Under the pieces are notes generated by a model. It worked only from the letters and a program-made list of their open reading frames with translations. It made no database searches and was not told where the DNA came from. Of a stretch of 64,000 nt of DNA, positions 51,649 to 64,000 are shown piece after piece; within the stretch, counting starts at the first letter, position 1, and each line of letters opens with the position of its first letter. The position numbers and the translations under genes were made by a program. Origin of the DNA: Nemertoderma westbladi (taxonomy: Eukaryota > Animalia > Xenacoelomorpha); NCBI GenBank assembly GCA_032718475.1, contig JAUCBJ010002409.1:1-64000 (forward strand). Direction: 5' to 3'.

Positions 51649-54073
51649 TTATTGTGGAAGGGCGGGGAAGTTTGAACCTAAAGGTCGTTGTAGCGAAGGT
51701 TTATTCAGAGTCAATATGTAGATATGGGAGGAGCCGTTACGGAGACTGTTACTGAAGAAGACCTTGTCGTTACGACAACACAGATAGGTAAGTTTACTGC
51801 GACTCTTGTGCATAAAGACCCCGTCGAGATGACCGGTGTGCACATCGCGGATCTCGATGGCTCGGTCCCCCCACCCGAGGACGTGGCCCGTATCGATGTA
51901 GGTCACCGAACTGGGCAGCTCCCCCCATTGGAGCACAACGTCCTTGTAGACCCCGCTGGACGTGTCCACGTAGGCGCCCTCGTTATCGTAACACACCAGC
52001 AGTTTCTTACCCTCGGATTGGGGCAGAACGACGATGCATTGTGGCTCGATGTCCTTGGAGTCGTTGGTACGCGGTAGGAAGATGTCCCTATCCACTCCCG
52101 ATTGCAGGTCGATCGTGTGGAACCCACGGTTACTCCCGTAGACAACCTTATACTTGGAGTCGTCCTCGATGGCGAGATCAACAATGAGCGGTTCTTTACC
52201 GAAGACAGGGACGCTCTTGAACGCCATGAACTTATTATAGGGTTTCTGAGCCCAGGCGTAGACTTCGATACGGTGCTTGAGAGCGATGGGTAGGAACTTA
52301 ATGAGGTCGAGGTTGATGAACTTGTAGTGGAGACAGCCTTCGAGATCCCCGATGGTCATATAGGGCGGAGCACCTCGACCCAGACGTGTATCCTCACTGC
52401 CGCTAGCGGCTGATATCGGCTCCTTACTGATCTTGGCCTTCAACCAGGCCAGGTTGTAGACCCTAATCTTGTTGTTCTTCCCGGATATAGTGATCAGCAC
52501 CTGAAGCTCTCCCTCCACGACGTCCATCTGCTTGAATCGACGGCCCTTGACCAGGGAGTAGGTCTTCCCTTGCCCGCTCCTGTCCAGTAGACTCAGCCCG
52601 TCCTCTGTACCCACCAACAGATTGACTCCCCACAACGCCGCGCTCAGAACACCCGAACCGAATCGCTTCTTGTATTTGTGGATCTGTGGCATCTCGTCGA
52701 CGCCCTCGTGCGACGAGATGTTGACGCTGACGTCCTGGATCGAGGACTTCCGTTGCTGCGGGGTCGCGGGGGAAGGCGCCGCTCCGAAACCGAACGCGAG
52801 GAAACTCCGGTTGGGCGTGGCCGCGAGGGGGCGCTGGGTGCGGGGGGGCATCTCGGAGGAGGTGCGTCGACGGGCGCTAGGGGGCGTCACCTGGTGCGGC
52901 AGGACGTCCGGTAGGACATTGGATTGACTGCGGCCGCGCATGTCGGGAGTGGAGGAGGCGGACGATGTATCGCTGAGTCGACGTCGTCGACCGGGGGGCG
53001 TAGATGAACCGGTCGAGGTATCGCCTCCCCCCATCGAGGAGGAGCCCCCTTCCCCCCCGCTGACCCCCAACTCGGCGAAGCTCTCAGGCAGCGGTTTGGG
53101 GGGCCCGCTCGCCAACATTGTGCCGTCGTTGTTTATCCGACCAGCCGGCTCGCTTCCCTCCTCCTCACTATCTTCTTCATCGGATGAGGGCGCAGTGTGG
53201 GCGTTGTTCGGCGCGGCGTGGGCGCTAGGGGGCGAGGGCGTGGACAGCTGTAGCGCGGACGGCCGACAGATGGCGTCTAGCACCTCGCTGGGCTGGAGGT
53301 TCCGGTACTCCGGGGTGCTATGCTGCCTGACCGGCGGTACCGGGGGCGGCCCGTCCGGCTCCGACGGCTTCGGACCCGGACTCGCGTCGGAATCCGAGGA
53401 TACCAGCGGCCCGTCCAGGAATATCGCGTTGCTCCAGGGCTGCGCGGCCTCGCCCCCAGGTCGTTGACCCTCGCCGTCCTCAGGGTGTTGACCTTGACCG
53501 CCCTGAGGTCGCTGACCTTTCATACTCTCCTGCAGTTCCCGCCAGTCCTGCTCCAACTGCGACCGATTGTGTTCGAGACTTTTCTGCTGATTTCTGCGTC
53601 GCCGGTCTTCAGAAGTTTCCCCCTCGTTGCGGCATATGTCGCCGGATGGTTGTCTAGCAACACTATGGTCGTTGGATTGTTGCTTAGCAACAATGTGGTC
53701 ACCGGATGGTCTAGCAACAATGTGGTCACCGGATGGTCTAGCAACAATGTGGTCGCTGGAGGGTTGCCTAACAACTGCGTGGTCACTAGATGCTTGCTTA
53801 GCAACAATGTGGTCACTGGATGGTTGCCTAACAACAATGTGATCGCTCGATTGTTGTCTAGCAACAATGTGGTCGACGGATGGTTGTCTAGGATTCCCAC
53901 GCCGTGGACTACCAATGACACTAGACTCAGACCGGGATTCATTCCGTCTGTCCAACAACTCGTGGACTCTGGAGCCGGCTATCTCGTCTAACTTCTCAGC
54001 CGGTACGGTAGCCGCTCGGGCCCGTCGAGCCTCGGCCAACTCCACAGCTCGCGAAGAGGCAATCTCCTTCAAT
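51649..54073 (-). CDS. MAP4K4: MAP4K4/MINK1/TNIK (misshapen)-family Ste20 kinase, last exon with CNH domain
   Basis: Acceptor tttttctag|A at 54073. Motifs PQIHKYKKRF..AALWGVNLLVGT..LLDRSGQGK, YAWA.KPY.KFMAFKS, WGELPSSV, HLDGVFMHK are diagnostic of the GCK-IV CNH domain. The symbol denotes the family co-orthologue. Confidence 0.9.
53638..53895 (-). repeat. Coding 27/30-bp repeat (DHIVARQPSS-like), about 8-9 copies
   Basis: Visible in DNA and in the 807-aa ORF. Confidence 0.9.
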
Positions 54074-54863
54074 CTAGAAAAATACCGGTAATAAAAGTTT
54101 ACATAAACCTAGAGATTTAAGAGAGTTTAACTGAATTAAGTGAATTAACGTTTGTGGAAGTCTTGGGAGAGATCAACTAAAGAGCACAGCGCGGGCAAGT
54201 AGGTAAACTTAGATCGGGCTTAACGATACATCATATCAACCAAATCTACTGTAATAAGTTAATGTAATAAGGTGCGGAGGTGAGATAGGAACAAATCAGA
54301 AGGAAGACAGACAAACTGAGGAGACCGTAGCGGCCAAACACTCGGAGACATGGGGGGAAACTGGACGCATTTATACGTTATTTTAACCAAAACAATAAAC
54401 TAAACACAATAGAACAGGTTAACCGGTACGGTTTTATTTTTGAGAATAATCAGCTGTTATTTGCGTCGAATTTCCCCTAGAGAGGGATTAATTTTTATTG
54501 CGTCCAGTTTCCCCCCCTATCTGAACACTCATATACGGCTATGTATGTATATTGTAAACTCTCCCTGATTAAGTACGAATGTTCCATCTCTTTGGATGTG
54601 GAGCATCTCGCTCTATATGGATGATGGGAAAATAATCCTTATACCTCTGGGATTCACGACAATGAAACATAATTCTTTAGCACAAACCCTAATCTAACAA
54701 ACACAGGGAAAGGCGATATGAAACAAACTATATTCCATGACATAACAACCCGTGGAACGAGGATATATTAATTATATATAATCCATTTGTATACCGGTAC
54801 TTTATTATACAAAAATATACTTGGGAACGATACAATTCACTTGAATGTAATATATTGTGTTAC

Positions 54864-56257
54864 CTGTTTGAATTGTCTGGAGGCGAGTTGTAGGGATCCT
54901 GTTTGGTGCGGTTGAGGTCACTGACCCGGACCCATGGTTCGTTACTGGGACACAATTCGGTGGAGTCGGAATGAACGAGACCCGGTTGGGTCTTGGTGAG
55001 AGTGGACGAGTCGTTGCTAGACAACCCCCGCCCGTTGCCGGGGGGACCCCCGCGATGGATGCGCTCGTCTCGCGGGGCGGGTTGGTCGATGCGAGCGCTG
55101 ATAGCGTGGGGATCGATTAGCGACACGGGTCTCGCGGAACCCGGGAGCGCGTTGCTAGCGTGGGGATCCACCAAGGATACCGGTCTACCGGAAACCGGGG
55201 AAACCAGCTGGCCCGAAGTGAATCCGATGGGGGGCGACTCTCTGGTGGGCGTGATGACGTCATCAGCTGTGTACCGACGCTCGGGTATCGGCGGGCCGGT
55301 AGGAGACACGTCAACCTGCGACGGCTGGGGCTGGCGAGCAGTGATGTCAGCCCGAGGGGCGGCATGGGGTTCCTGGAGTTGTTTGGGAGCCCCTCTGGGG
55401 TGATCGGCAACACCTCTCGATGACTCACCAATCCCTCTTTGTGGCGCACCCATCCCCCTTGGTGACTCACCCACCCCCCTTGGTGACTCACCCATCCTTC
55501 TTTGAAACTCTGGAATCCCTCTCGGTGACTCACCAATCCCTCTCTGTGACTCACCAATCCCTCTATGTGACTCACCAATCCCTCTCTGTGACTCACCAAT
55601 CCCTCTCTGTGACTCACCAATCCCTCTATGTGACTCACCAATCCCTCTCTGTGACTCACCAACCCCTCTATGTTGCTCAGCAACCCCTCTATGTGACTCA
55701 CCCATCCCCCTTTTCGGTTCTTGTACGACCTTATTCTCATTAAACCGCCTATGTTGCTCTGCGGCGCGCGCTATTGGGCCACCACCATCGCTGCGCTGGC
55801 TGAGCGCAGCCCCACCACTGTGTCTCCTATTAGCCGGTACCGCATGCCCCCCACCATGCCCCCCACCGCCACCAGCCCCACCTACACTCGCGCGATGACC
55901 TACAGGTATCTGACTCCGGGGTATACCCGCTTGGAACCGCGACAAACCGGCCTGCGGCATGGCTGGCTTCACTATGGGAGGCTGACTCTGATTGTGCTGA
56001 CTCTGTCTGCCCTGGCGCCCCAACTGCCGGCCTTGCTGCGGCTGCTGTGGCGCCGCTTTGGGCTCCATTATATCCGCGAACCGCTGCCGTATCTCTCTCT
56101 CCTTTGGGGCCTGCAGCACCGACGGCAGTTCGTTCCCTACATCCTCTTCACTGTCACTTCCGTTCCGCCCTTCTCCCTCTCGAGCTGCCAGCTCCTCTCG
56201 ATCCTGGCGTCTCCGCGTTTTATGACGATCTATGTGCTCCTTCAGTTGGAGTTTTAC
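54864..56257 (-). CDS. MAP4K4: MAP4K4/misshapen-family kinase, post-kinase linker exon
   Basis: tttttag|VKLQLKEHIDRHK matches the conserved post-kinase motif (QLKDHIDR). It ends AG|gtaac in phase 2, joining the next exon in frame. Kinase exons are presumably beyond the right edge. Confidence 0.85.
55415..55712 (-). repeat. Coding 21-bp repeat (GIGESQR/GIGESHR-like), about 14 copies
   Basis: Visible in DNA and in the 419-aa ORF. Confidence 0.9.
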
Positions 56258-58316
56258 CTAAAAATTAATTGAGTAATATAATAATTTAACACCGAACGTT
56301 CAGATATTAAACAGTTGTAGAGTACCGTAATTATTTATCGGGATATTTCACGTGCCAATATTACTGGCACTTTTCATATGCTAATAATATGATACCAACA
56401 CTCACCACTTACAGCATCGTATAAAAAATTGGTTTATTCCAACCTCAATGTCCGATTTAATTGGGTTGACAGATCAGTATAGAGTGATTAGATATTGAGA
56501 TAGTTAACATTCCGGCTTCAATTATTAATAATTAATTTATTAATTGTGGCGTTCAATACATTTTGTGGCATATCTCGATAACTAATCACTATCTACACCT
56601 ATTATGAAGGTTTCGAGGTCGACTCCCACTAAATGAAGACAAACAGTTGCTTGTCATCGAATCTAGTTGATCGAGTTACAAAATCTCAAAATGTTGTACA
56701 TAAAAATCAATATATAAAAATCGCTACAAATGTGAAAATAAGGCCTAGGAGTGAAAATAAGTCAATTTTAATAACCGTTTTACGCAGATGAAGATATATT
56801 ATAGCGATTTTTTTCTCATTAGGCCTAATAAAAACCCAAGTACTGCGAACAATGTACAACAACAAATACCCAAGTAGGGCCTATATTGTGTTCGTGTGAA
56901 GTTCAGTGGCTAAACATATTCTCTCAAACTCAAAGTTAATTATTTCAAAAATAGTGAGAAAAATTTGTGTAGTTTTTGGCTGATTTTGGGTAAAAAAATC
57001 ACAACTGATATTTGTCACATGGCGAAAATCAACCAAGTGTAAGCAGAATAATGTACAATACGGGTTTGCTCTGAATAAGCAAACCCTTTTTATGAACATC
57101 GCTAGTTTGGCAATTCATTAAGTAATTGTTGGTACAGTTTGAATTGGTTTGCGTTATTTTACATTTTTACTATAAAACACTATAGGCCTATATAATACGT
57201 GACATGTGCTGCACCCAGGGTTGTTTCTGGCATTATCAATGGAAAATGGGGTATAGTTTTTTGTATTTTCCATTATTTTTTGGCCCAATGAAAATGGACT
57301 GTATGCTAAATCACTTGGTACTTGGAATCAGTTTAAATTAATATATAAGATAATAATAATATATTTTAACTAATGATATTATTATTAAGACTACTACTAA
57401 TAATAATATAGATTCCAAAATAAACCATGAAATTTATACAACAAACATCTAATCTAATCTGGAATCTACAACATGCTACAGCAGAACAGCCTGCTACGGC
57501 CGTTCGATTAAAGGCCCCTCCTATTTTGTTTCACCACCAAACTTAAGATTGCGAACAGTTCATGTTAGTTATTGCGCGGAGCACTGCTAGTGGGGTCGCT
57601 TAAGGTGAAAATCGTTAATTGCCGGACAAAAGCATGAAAATATGACTATATATGTAAAAAAATGTGTAGATTAATCTGAGCCTGTGTACCAAAAAAATTG
57701 ACTACTTCCCTAGCAACAGGGTGACTTTTACATAGCAACCGGGTAAAATTGGTCATTTCTGTTATTGAAACTCACCATATACAAAAATTACGATTATATA
57801 ACTGGTTTAGTTTATAATATAAGTCTGTAGACGTTTCCATAGCAACAAGGAGACCTTTACCTAGCAACCTATCTATATTTAATGGAATTATGATTGAAAC
57901 TTGGGATAATCAACCTGACTAGCAATAGAAGATGGTTAGTGATGACATAGGCGCTGATACACGTTTCCTTAGTAACCGGGGACCTTTCCCTAGCAACCGT
58001 TGTATATTTAATGAAATTATGATTGAAACTTGGGATAATCAACCTGTCTAGCAATATAAGATTGTTAGTAATAACATTGGCGCTGATACACGTGTCCATA
58101 GCAACAAGGTGACCTTTCCCTAGGAACTGCCTGAAATTTAGTGTAATTAATATTGGAACTGGAGATAAACAGATAAAGATTTGATCTGGAGATAAAGATT
58201 TTGGCTTTATGAGGATAATGTGTTTATACATCAAATACACAGCCACAAAACTGTAAATTAAAATTATTTAGTATTATAGTTATACCAATTCTTTTAATTA
58301 TACGAATCATATGTAA

Positions 58317-61300
58317 TCAATAACAAGAGCAAGTGCATGTGCATAATTCTGTGCATTTAAACCCAGCCTTCCCACACTTGCAGTTTGTGCAATTGCGCTT
58401 TTTGCATGCACATTTAATGAGTTCGTGGCACATCGTTGCAGCGTCTGGCAGTGAGCTCCAGACGGGATTCCATTGAGTAGTAAATACCCAACCGAAATCT
58501 GCTGGTGAAGGAAGTATCGGTTTGTCCTGTGTGCAGACTGCCCAAACGCTGGCTTGATATGTAGCCCGCATCACATGTTGGTAAAGGGCGTGTTGAGTTG
58601 GTGGCAAGCGATCAATCACGCAGTTGCGTTTGGTGAATAGATCCCGTCTTGTATTATTTATACTCGTTCTGTTTGATTTTTTGTCATACATACGTATAAC
58701 AAATTTTTCCAACGCTTTGAATTCTACACTTTCGATTCCATTTGGGAAGGGATTAAATGGCTGATCGTATACTGCCTTGAAAGTTGATGTGATTTCTGGC
58801 ATGGCCAACCAAGTTTCCAAGCAGTTATTTTGCCAATATTTCTGAAGTGGGACACGGTGTCACAGCCACTAAGGGCATGGAACATCAATAAACCCTTTGA
58901 TTTGTCCTCACCTAACTTTTGGGATATATTATTCACATTAAAATATTTAAAATGTTTTCCAGAACCGAATGCTAACCATATGTTCAGACTGGGATGATTG
59001 GATATTAAATAGAAGTGAACTCCGATCAGTATTACTAAAACGTCTGTATCACCTGTGCGCACAATGATATTTGTAGCCCCCATTGACAATGCATGCTGTA
59101 TGTGTACTATAATGCGGGTGTCAGCTTCTTCGTGTGAGCAATTTCCCATAATGGTGCCTCGACTATCCTGACAGAGCACATCTTCTTCCAATGTTGAGTA
59201 AATATATTTCCCTTCTGGGTATTTTTCTAGAATAATTGATTTGGATAAGTAGTTGAACAACTCGTTTTTATTATTAGAGTTCCTTAAGAAATCCATCCAA
59301 TTTGCTGGAATTTTGGTTTTATCCTTAATGTTAATTTGGTTTCCACTACCACGTAAGTTTCTGATACCCATTTTCAAGCTTTCATGGCAGTATCTGTCAA
59401 AAACAAAGTCAACCCTGTCAGAATTGTTCAATTCGTGCTTTATATGAGGTATTATTTTATTAGTTAAATAGTCTTGTATGGTGGAACATCCTATAGGTCG
59501 AAGGCAATGAACTATGAAAGGTGCATCAAAGACTTTAGCATGAAAATACTCAGGGACATCAACACTATATGTTGTATCAAAAACCTTTAATATGTCAGAT
59601 TTAGTCCCATAATTGATGTCACCATACTGTGAAAGTGAAGGTGGATAAGGGTGATTCTCATGAGCAAAGAAGACAGACGGATCTCCTTTTCGGGTTTGAT
59701 TCGCAATAAAGAGTTTTCCAAACAATGATGCGTCGGATCGAACCTCAGACATGCGTTTGTTCTTTACATTAGAGAGTCTAGGCGATTTAAAAGTTGGAAA
59801 CGAGTTGGATTTAATGACATCTTTGAACGGCCTTACATTATTAACTAAAACATCAGTTACAAAATTAGTATATTGTATCTTGCCACATTCTTCAATTTTA
59901 CTTATGGTATTAACTACAGAGTCAGGAGCATATGCTTGACTTGGTATCAATATGAGTTTGTCAGATTTTGAAATAAATGGGTTACCGTGTTCCTTAATGG
60001 TAATTACCAGATTATTGACATCATTTTGAAATGACTTTTGGAAAGCTATTGTTTCTTCATGGTGTTTTTTATCTGTGAGTGACAGATTTGTTCTTGAGTC
60101 TATTGTTGTCTCGAATTTGCCAATCAATCTAGCAAGTTCCGGTCCGGCTAAGAGCCACCTTCGAAATCCTGCTTCATTCTCAGTAAGACCAATCACACCA
60201 CCACTACCTTTAACTTTTTCATTTTCCTGTTCATGAGCTTGGTCGAGAGGTATAGCTGAGAAACGTCGACTTGACTTCGATGCAACCCAATTTCCTTTAT
60301 TAAACACTTCGAATATGGTTTGTGGGAGAGACTTCATATCTAACAGAAATACACTTACCCATCGACTGTAGTGGTAATGGTCTAAACTAAAAAAGTAAAC
60401 AACTAGAGTCTCTAAACAACTTATGAATAGTTGGAAATTTTTCTCTCTGTGAGCTCGAATAAATACTAGAATTAGCCTCTGAATTCTCAAAATGAAGTCG
60501 TAGAACTGAAAGGTTGGATGCTCTGTTGCCATTAAGTCTCTCCAGTCTGAAAATGAATAACTATCAATGTGATTTGTATTCTCGAATTCTGAAAAGGCTT
60601 CAATCTGCATATGCTTGACTTGGTATCAATATGAGTTTGTCAGATTTTGAAATAAATGGGTTACCGTGTTCCTTAATGGTAATTACCAGATTATTGACAT
60701 CATTTTGAAATGACTTTTGGAAAGCTATTGTTTCTTCATGGTGTTTTTTATCTGTGAGTGACAGATTTGTTCTTGAGTCTATTGTTGTCTCGAATTTGCC
60801 AATCAATCTAGCAAGTTCCGGTCCGGCTAAGAGCCACCTTCGAAATCCTGCTTCATTCTCAGTAAGACCAATCACACCACCACTACCTTTAACTTTTTCA
60901 TTTTCCTGTTCATGAGCTTGGTCGAGAGGTATAGCTGAGAAACGTCGACTTGACTTCGATGCAACCCAATTTCCTTTATTAAACACTTCGAATATGGTTT
61001 GTGGGAGAGACTTCATATCTAACAGAAATACACTTACCCATCGACTGTAGTGGTAATGGTCTAAACTAAAAAAGTAAACAACTAGAGTCTCTAAACAACT
61101 TATGAATAGTTGGAAATTTTTCTCTCTGTGAGCTCGAATAAATACTAGAATTAGCCTCTGAATTCTCAAAATGAAGTCGTAGAACTGAAAGGTTGGATGC
61201 TCTGTTGCCATTAAGTCTCTCCAGTCTGAAAATGAATAACTATCAATGTGATTTGTATTCTCGAATTCTGAAAAGGCTTCAATCTGCAATAATGTCAATG

Positions 61301-63509
61301 CAGCACATGTAGTTTGATGAGCTTTTCGTGTCCTTGTAATATGTGCTACTTTAAGGAAAGAATCAGCCACACCATGAGTAGCAATATTTGCTTCTGTAAG
61401 CAACTCAACCCATCCAGAGCAATCCAAAATATCCCCAAGACACCCCCACAAAGCCTTCTCAATATGTAAGCCTCCAAGCATACATACTAGCTTACTTTCT
61501 CCAAATTCGTCAGGGAAGTTCCATTGTATATACTTCGATATTGCATATAATGGCTGGTCACATGTTATGACAGGTACTTGACCCGGATTCAAGTACCCCG
61601 TAATTTTCTGAATAATCCTTATAGAATGCATTACCATAGCTGGGTTGTCCGACTTCTCGGGAAACATTGGAAGCATGGATACTATTGCGGGATTGGAAAC
61701 ATGGCCCCTGTTCATGGATGCATGATGTGCAGCCCATGAAACTGCTTGCTCTTTTGAGGTAATTTCACTTTCTAGAAGATTCTTAACCTCATGTATCCAA
61801 GTTTCTTCGTCTTCTATTGCATTTGTTAACAGATCGGGTGGAAAAATATGATTTGTTAGCATGTTTCTACATCTATTTACAGAAGTATTCAAATTCAATG
61901 CAGGGACAACTGTAAATGAAGTGGGAAGTTCTGGTTTTGTGCTTCTAGTTATACGTACTTCATCAACATGACGTGCCGCTCCTGCATTATTTTCATTTGG
62001 AAATTGAGTGATGGAGAGGCCAGTTCCATGAAATGATGACTTTGCTGTGGTTGATGATAGATTCACATCAATATTGTCAAATGCTCCAGTTGTAAATAAT
62101 CCATTACGTAAATTGATAGGGCAAACAATATCATCAATTTGTGCTCGTTCAGCAACAGTACATGCAACAGAGTTTTCTATTTGCAATATCCGATCATATG
62201 ATGAACATATCCCAAGTGAATGCATTTGGTCTATCAATACTTTGCTCCAGGTGGTGCTATGAATTTTTAATCCAATATATTGGGGTAATGCTGGTTCCCT
62301 CTTTGTACAATGCCGAACATGGAGACCTCCAACTGACTGTGTCCTAGATTGTTTATAATTATAAGTGATTAACTGAGAAATTGTGAGTCCTTCCTGTGAA
62401 ATCTCAGCGTCAGTGTTAATACCAGAACCATACAAGAGCATTGATATTAGAAGTTGGAGATAATGAGGAGATCCATCTATTTGGCATGAATCGGAAAAGG
62501 TGCCAGAAAATGATGGAACTTCATGTTGCAATAAATGATATCGACATAGATTTGCAGCTTTTGACAATATGGATAGATCAGCATCAACATCACGTACTGA
62601 AAATGCCGCCATGGTCATTTCTTTCATCGATTCTGGAAACACCAAAATTACATTTTTCCCATCAGAAACAACCTGAACATTATATTGTTTGAAATGTTGA
62701 ATAATGTCATCCTTTAGGTGAGTTTTATTCACTGAGACATAGTATCCCAGTTCTTCTAATCGATCTGACAATATTTTATGTAGCTCTGCTAGCTTAAACA
62801 CACTTGTTCCACTCCCCACTGACTCTTCAATATGATTAACAAGATCATTGAATGCTCTAGATCGTGCTATTATTGATTCCTCAACAATTATTGATTTGCC
62901 ATTGTTTGTCCTGTCGCGAAGAAATGATCTATGCGTATTTCTGTATTTTGTAAGGCATTCTATATGATATTTTGCACCACTCGCTACAAAGTCGCCACCA
63001 CCCTTACGTAACATTTGAAAATCATTCATATCATTTGCCATGTTTGTCAAATTTTGCTGTGCATTTAGCGTGGAATAGTCATGTAAGTCGCCAGAGTCAC
63101 CTTCACAAAAGATACAAGCTTTATTATTATGTAACTGGGTTCTTTTCTGCCGCTTAACATCATCATATATATTATTATCGTTTGAACTCGCTATACTTCG
63201 TGAAGGAGGCTGCAAGGACAGCTTTCGTTTGTTTAATTTACGTTCCAGTTTGTTATTGCAAAAAACCAACCGACAAGAATGGTGCCACTTGGCAACATTT
63301 CTCAGCAGATAAAATGCCTTGGTTTCTGCACTGAAACTTAATTCGATTGGTAACATTCCAATGTCTCTAAATTGATTAACATTGTCAAGAAAACGCTCAT
63401 ATATTCCGATGATTTCTTCAGAAGCTGGTGTATTGCACGGGTTATTAAGTTTTTCCGCGGAAGTTTTCTGACATATAATACATTTACTAAAGTCTAGATG
63501 GGTCTCCAT
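58317..63509 (-). pseudogene. Academ transposase (DDE + XPG-like nuclease + Cys-rich zinc finger), about 1504 aa when repaired; broken by a 679-bp duplication and a 1-bp deletion
   Basis: Motifs CIICQ, AKYH..C, AFDNID, TCDQPL, LGGLHIE, PLDQAHEQ, then HEEADTR, GDTDV, FHALSGCDT, LPPT...H..RA.YQA..W, C.C...C..C.C......C...C.C. Removing 679 bp and adding one G near 58817 gives a single frame. Confidence 0.82.
59928..61288. repeat. Exact 679-bp tandem duplication within the transposase
   Basis: 59928-60606 repeats at 60607-61285; GCA microhomology at the junctions. Confidence 0.95.
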
Positions 63510-64000
63510 TGATTTACAAACTCGAGGTTTTAGGTTCAACTACTAGTAAACTATTCTCACCAAATTTATAGTATCATGTTTGTAGGTAAATGGTAATGAA
63601 TGTTAAGACATCACATTGGTAGTAGTGTAGCTCGTTTCAATATTATTCTGCTATTTTTAAAAGCTGTTTTAAAGCTAATACCTTTTGGAGGTATTACATG
63701 GCCTTTTTTGAAATTATAAAAAATTTTATTTTGTTTTATAGATTATTATAATAATAGGCTATATAACAATAATTTTATAGCTATAATGAAAAACAGACTA
63801 GCGACAATCGAAAACATTAGCTACCACAAAAATTAAACGTGTAATGAGTTCACACTATGTTCCAGAACATAAATCAATTAGCAAAAACAGCTATTGAAAA
63901 ACATAACCCATAATGGTGACACGGGCTACACCAGTACCTACCTGAATAATAGTCAACTACAGATGAAAAATAAAAGTCAAATGTGTGAATAAATTTTGTA

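Larger units (their letters stand above)
57588..64000 (-). mobile_element. AcademX-like DNA transposon in the kinase intron; 5' end beyond the window
   Basis: Encodes one long protein with DDE-type motifs, an XPG/PIN-like nuclease and a Cys-rich tail. A candidate terminus TAGTGGGGTCG at 57588 (Academ ends begin TAG) is followed by repeated CCATAGCAAC-type subterminal motifs. The boundary is unverified. Confidence 0.72.

Noticed and set aside
51387-56272. Plus-strand ORFs overlapping the kinase exons
   Set aside because: Antisense or alternate-frame shadows of GC-rich and repetitive coding sequence.
56258-57587. Possible additional kinase-domain exon
   Set aside because: No frame with kinase motifs and suitable splice sites found by eye; upstream exons probably lie beyond the window.

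Overview
Eukaryotic (metazoan-like), intron-rich, repeat-rich window. + strand: the 3' end of an axonemal dynein heavy chain gene (DNAH6-like). I could splice 21 exons (6275-44460) at GT-AG sites into one uninterrupted frame of about 1171 aa ending ...CQLNE*. Its introns are swollen by intron-specific tandem arrays whose units are copies of, or sit against, the gene's own splice sites. These include about 13 kb of repeated exon-end plus donor, about 8.8 kb of repeated acceptor-like units, and 21-, 13-, 22-, 34- and 41-bp arrays. - strand: the 3' part of a MAP4K4/MINK1/TNIK (misshapen)-family CNH-domain kinase gene (two large exons), convergent with the dynein. Mobile DNA: a BEL/Pao LTR retrotransposon (5' LTR plus gag, cut by the left edge), a 5'-truncated CRE-like RLE retroelement, RTE-like LINE fragments (one with a 10-bp TSD), a nested long-inverted-repeat element, and an AcademX-like DNA transposon (DDE + XPG/PIN-like nuclease + Cys-rich tail) disrupted by a 679-bp tandem duplication. 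The most unusual signal is the systematic splice-site-seeded satellite expansion in a gene whose reading frame is intact. All family assignments come from motif recognition by eye, and copy numbers are length divided by unit size.
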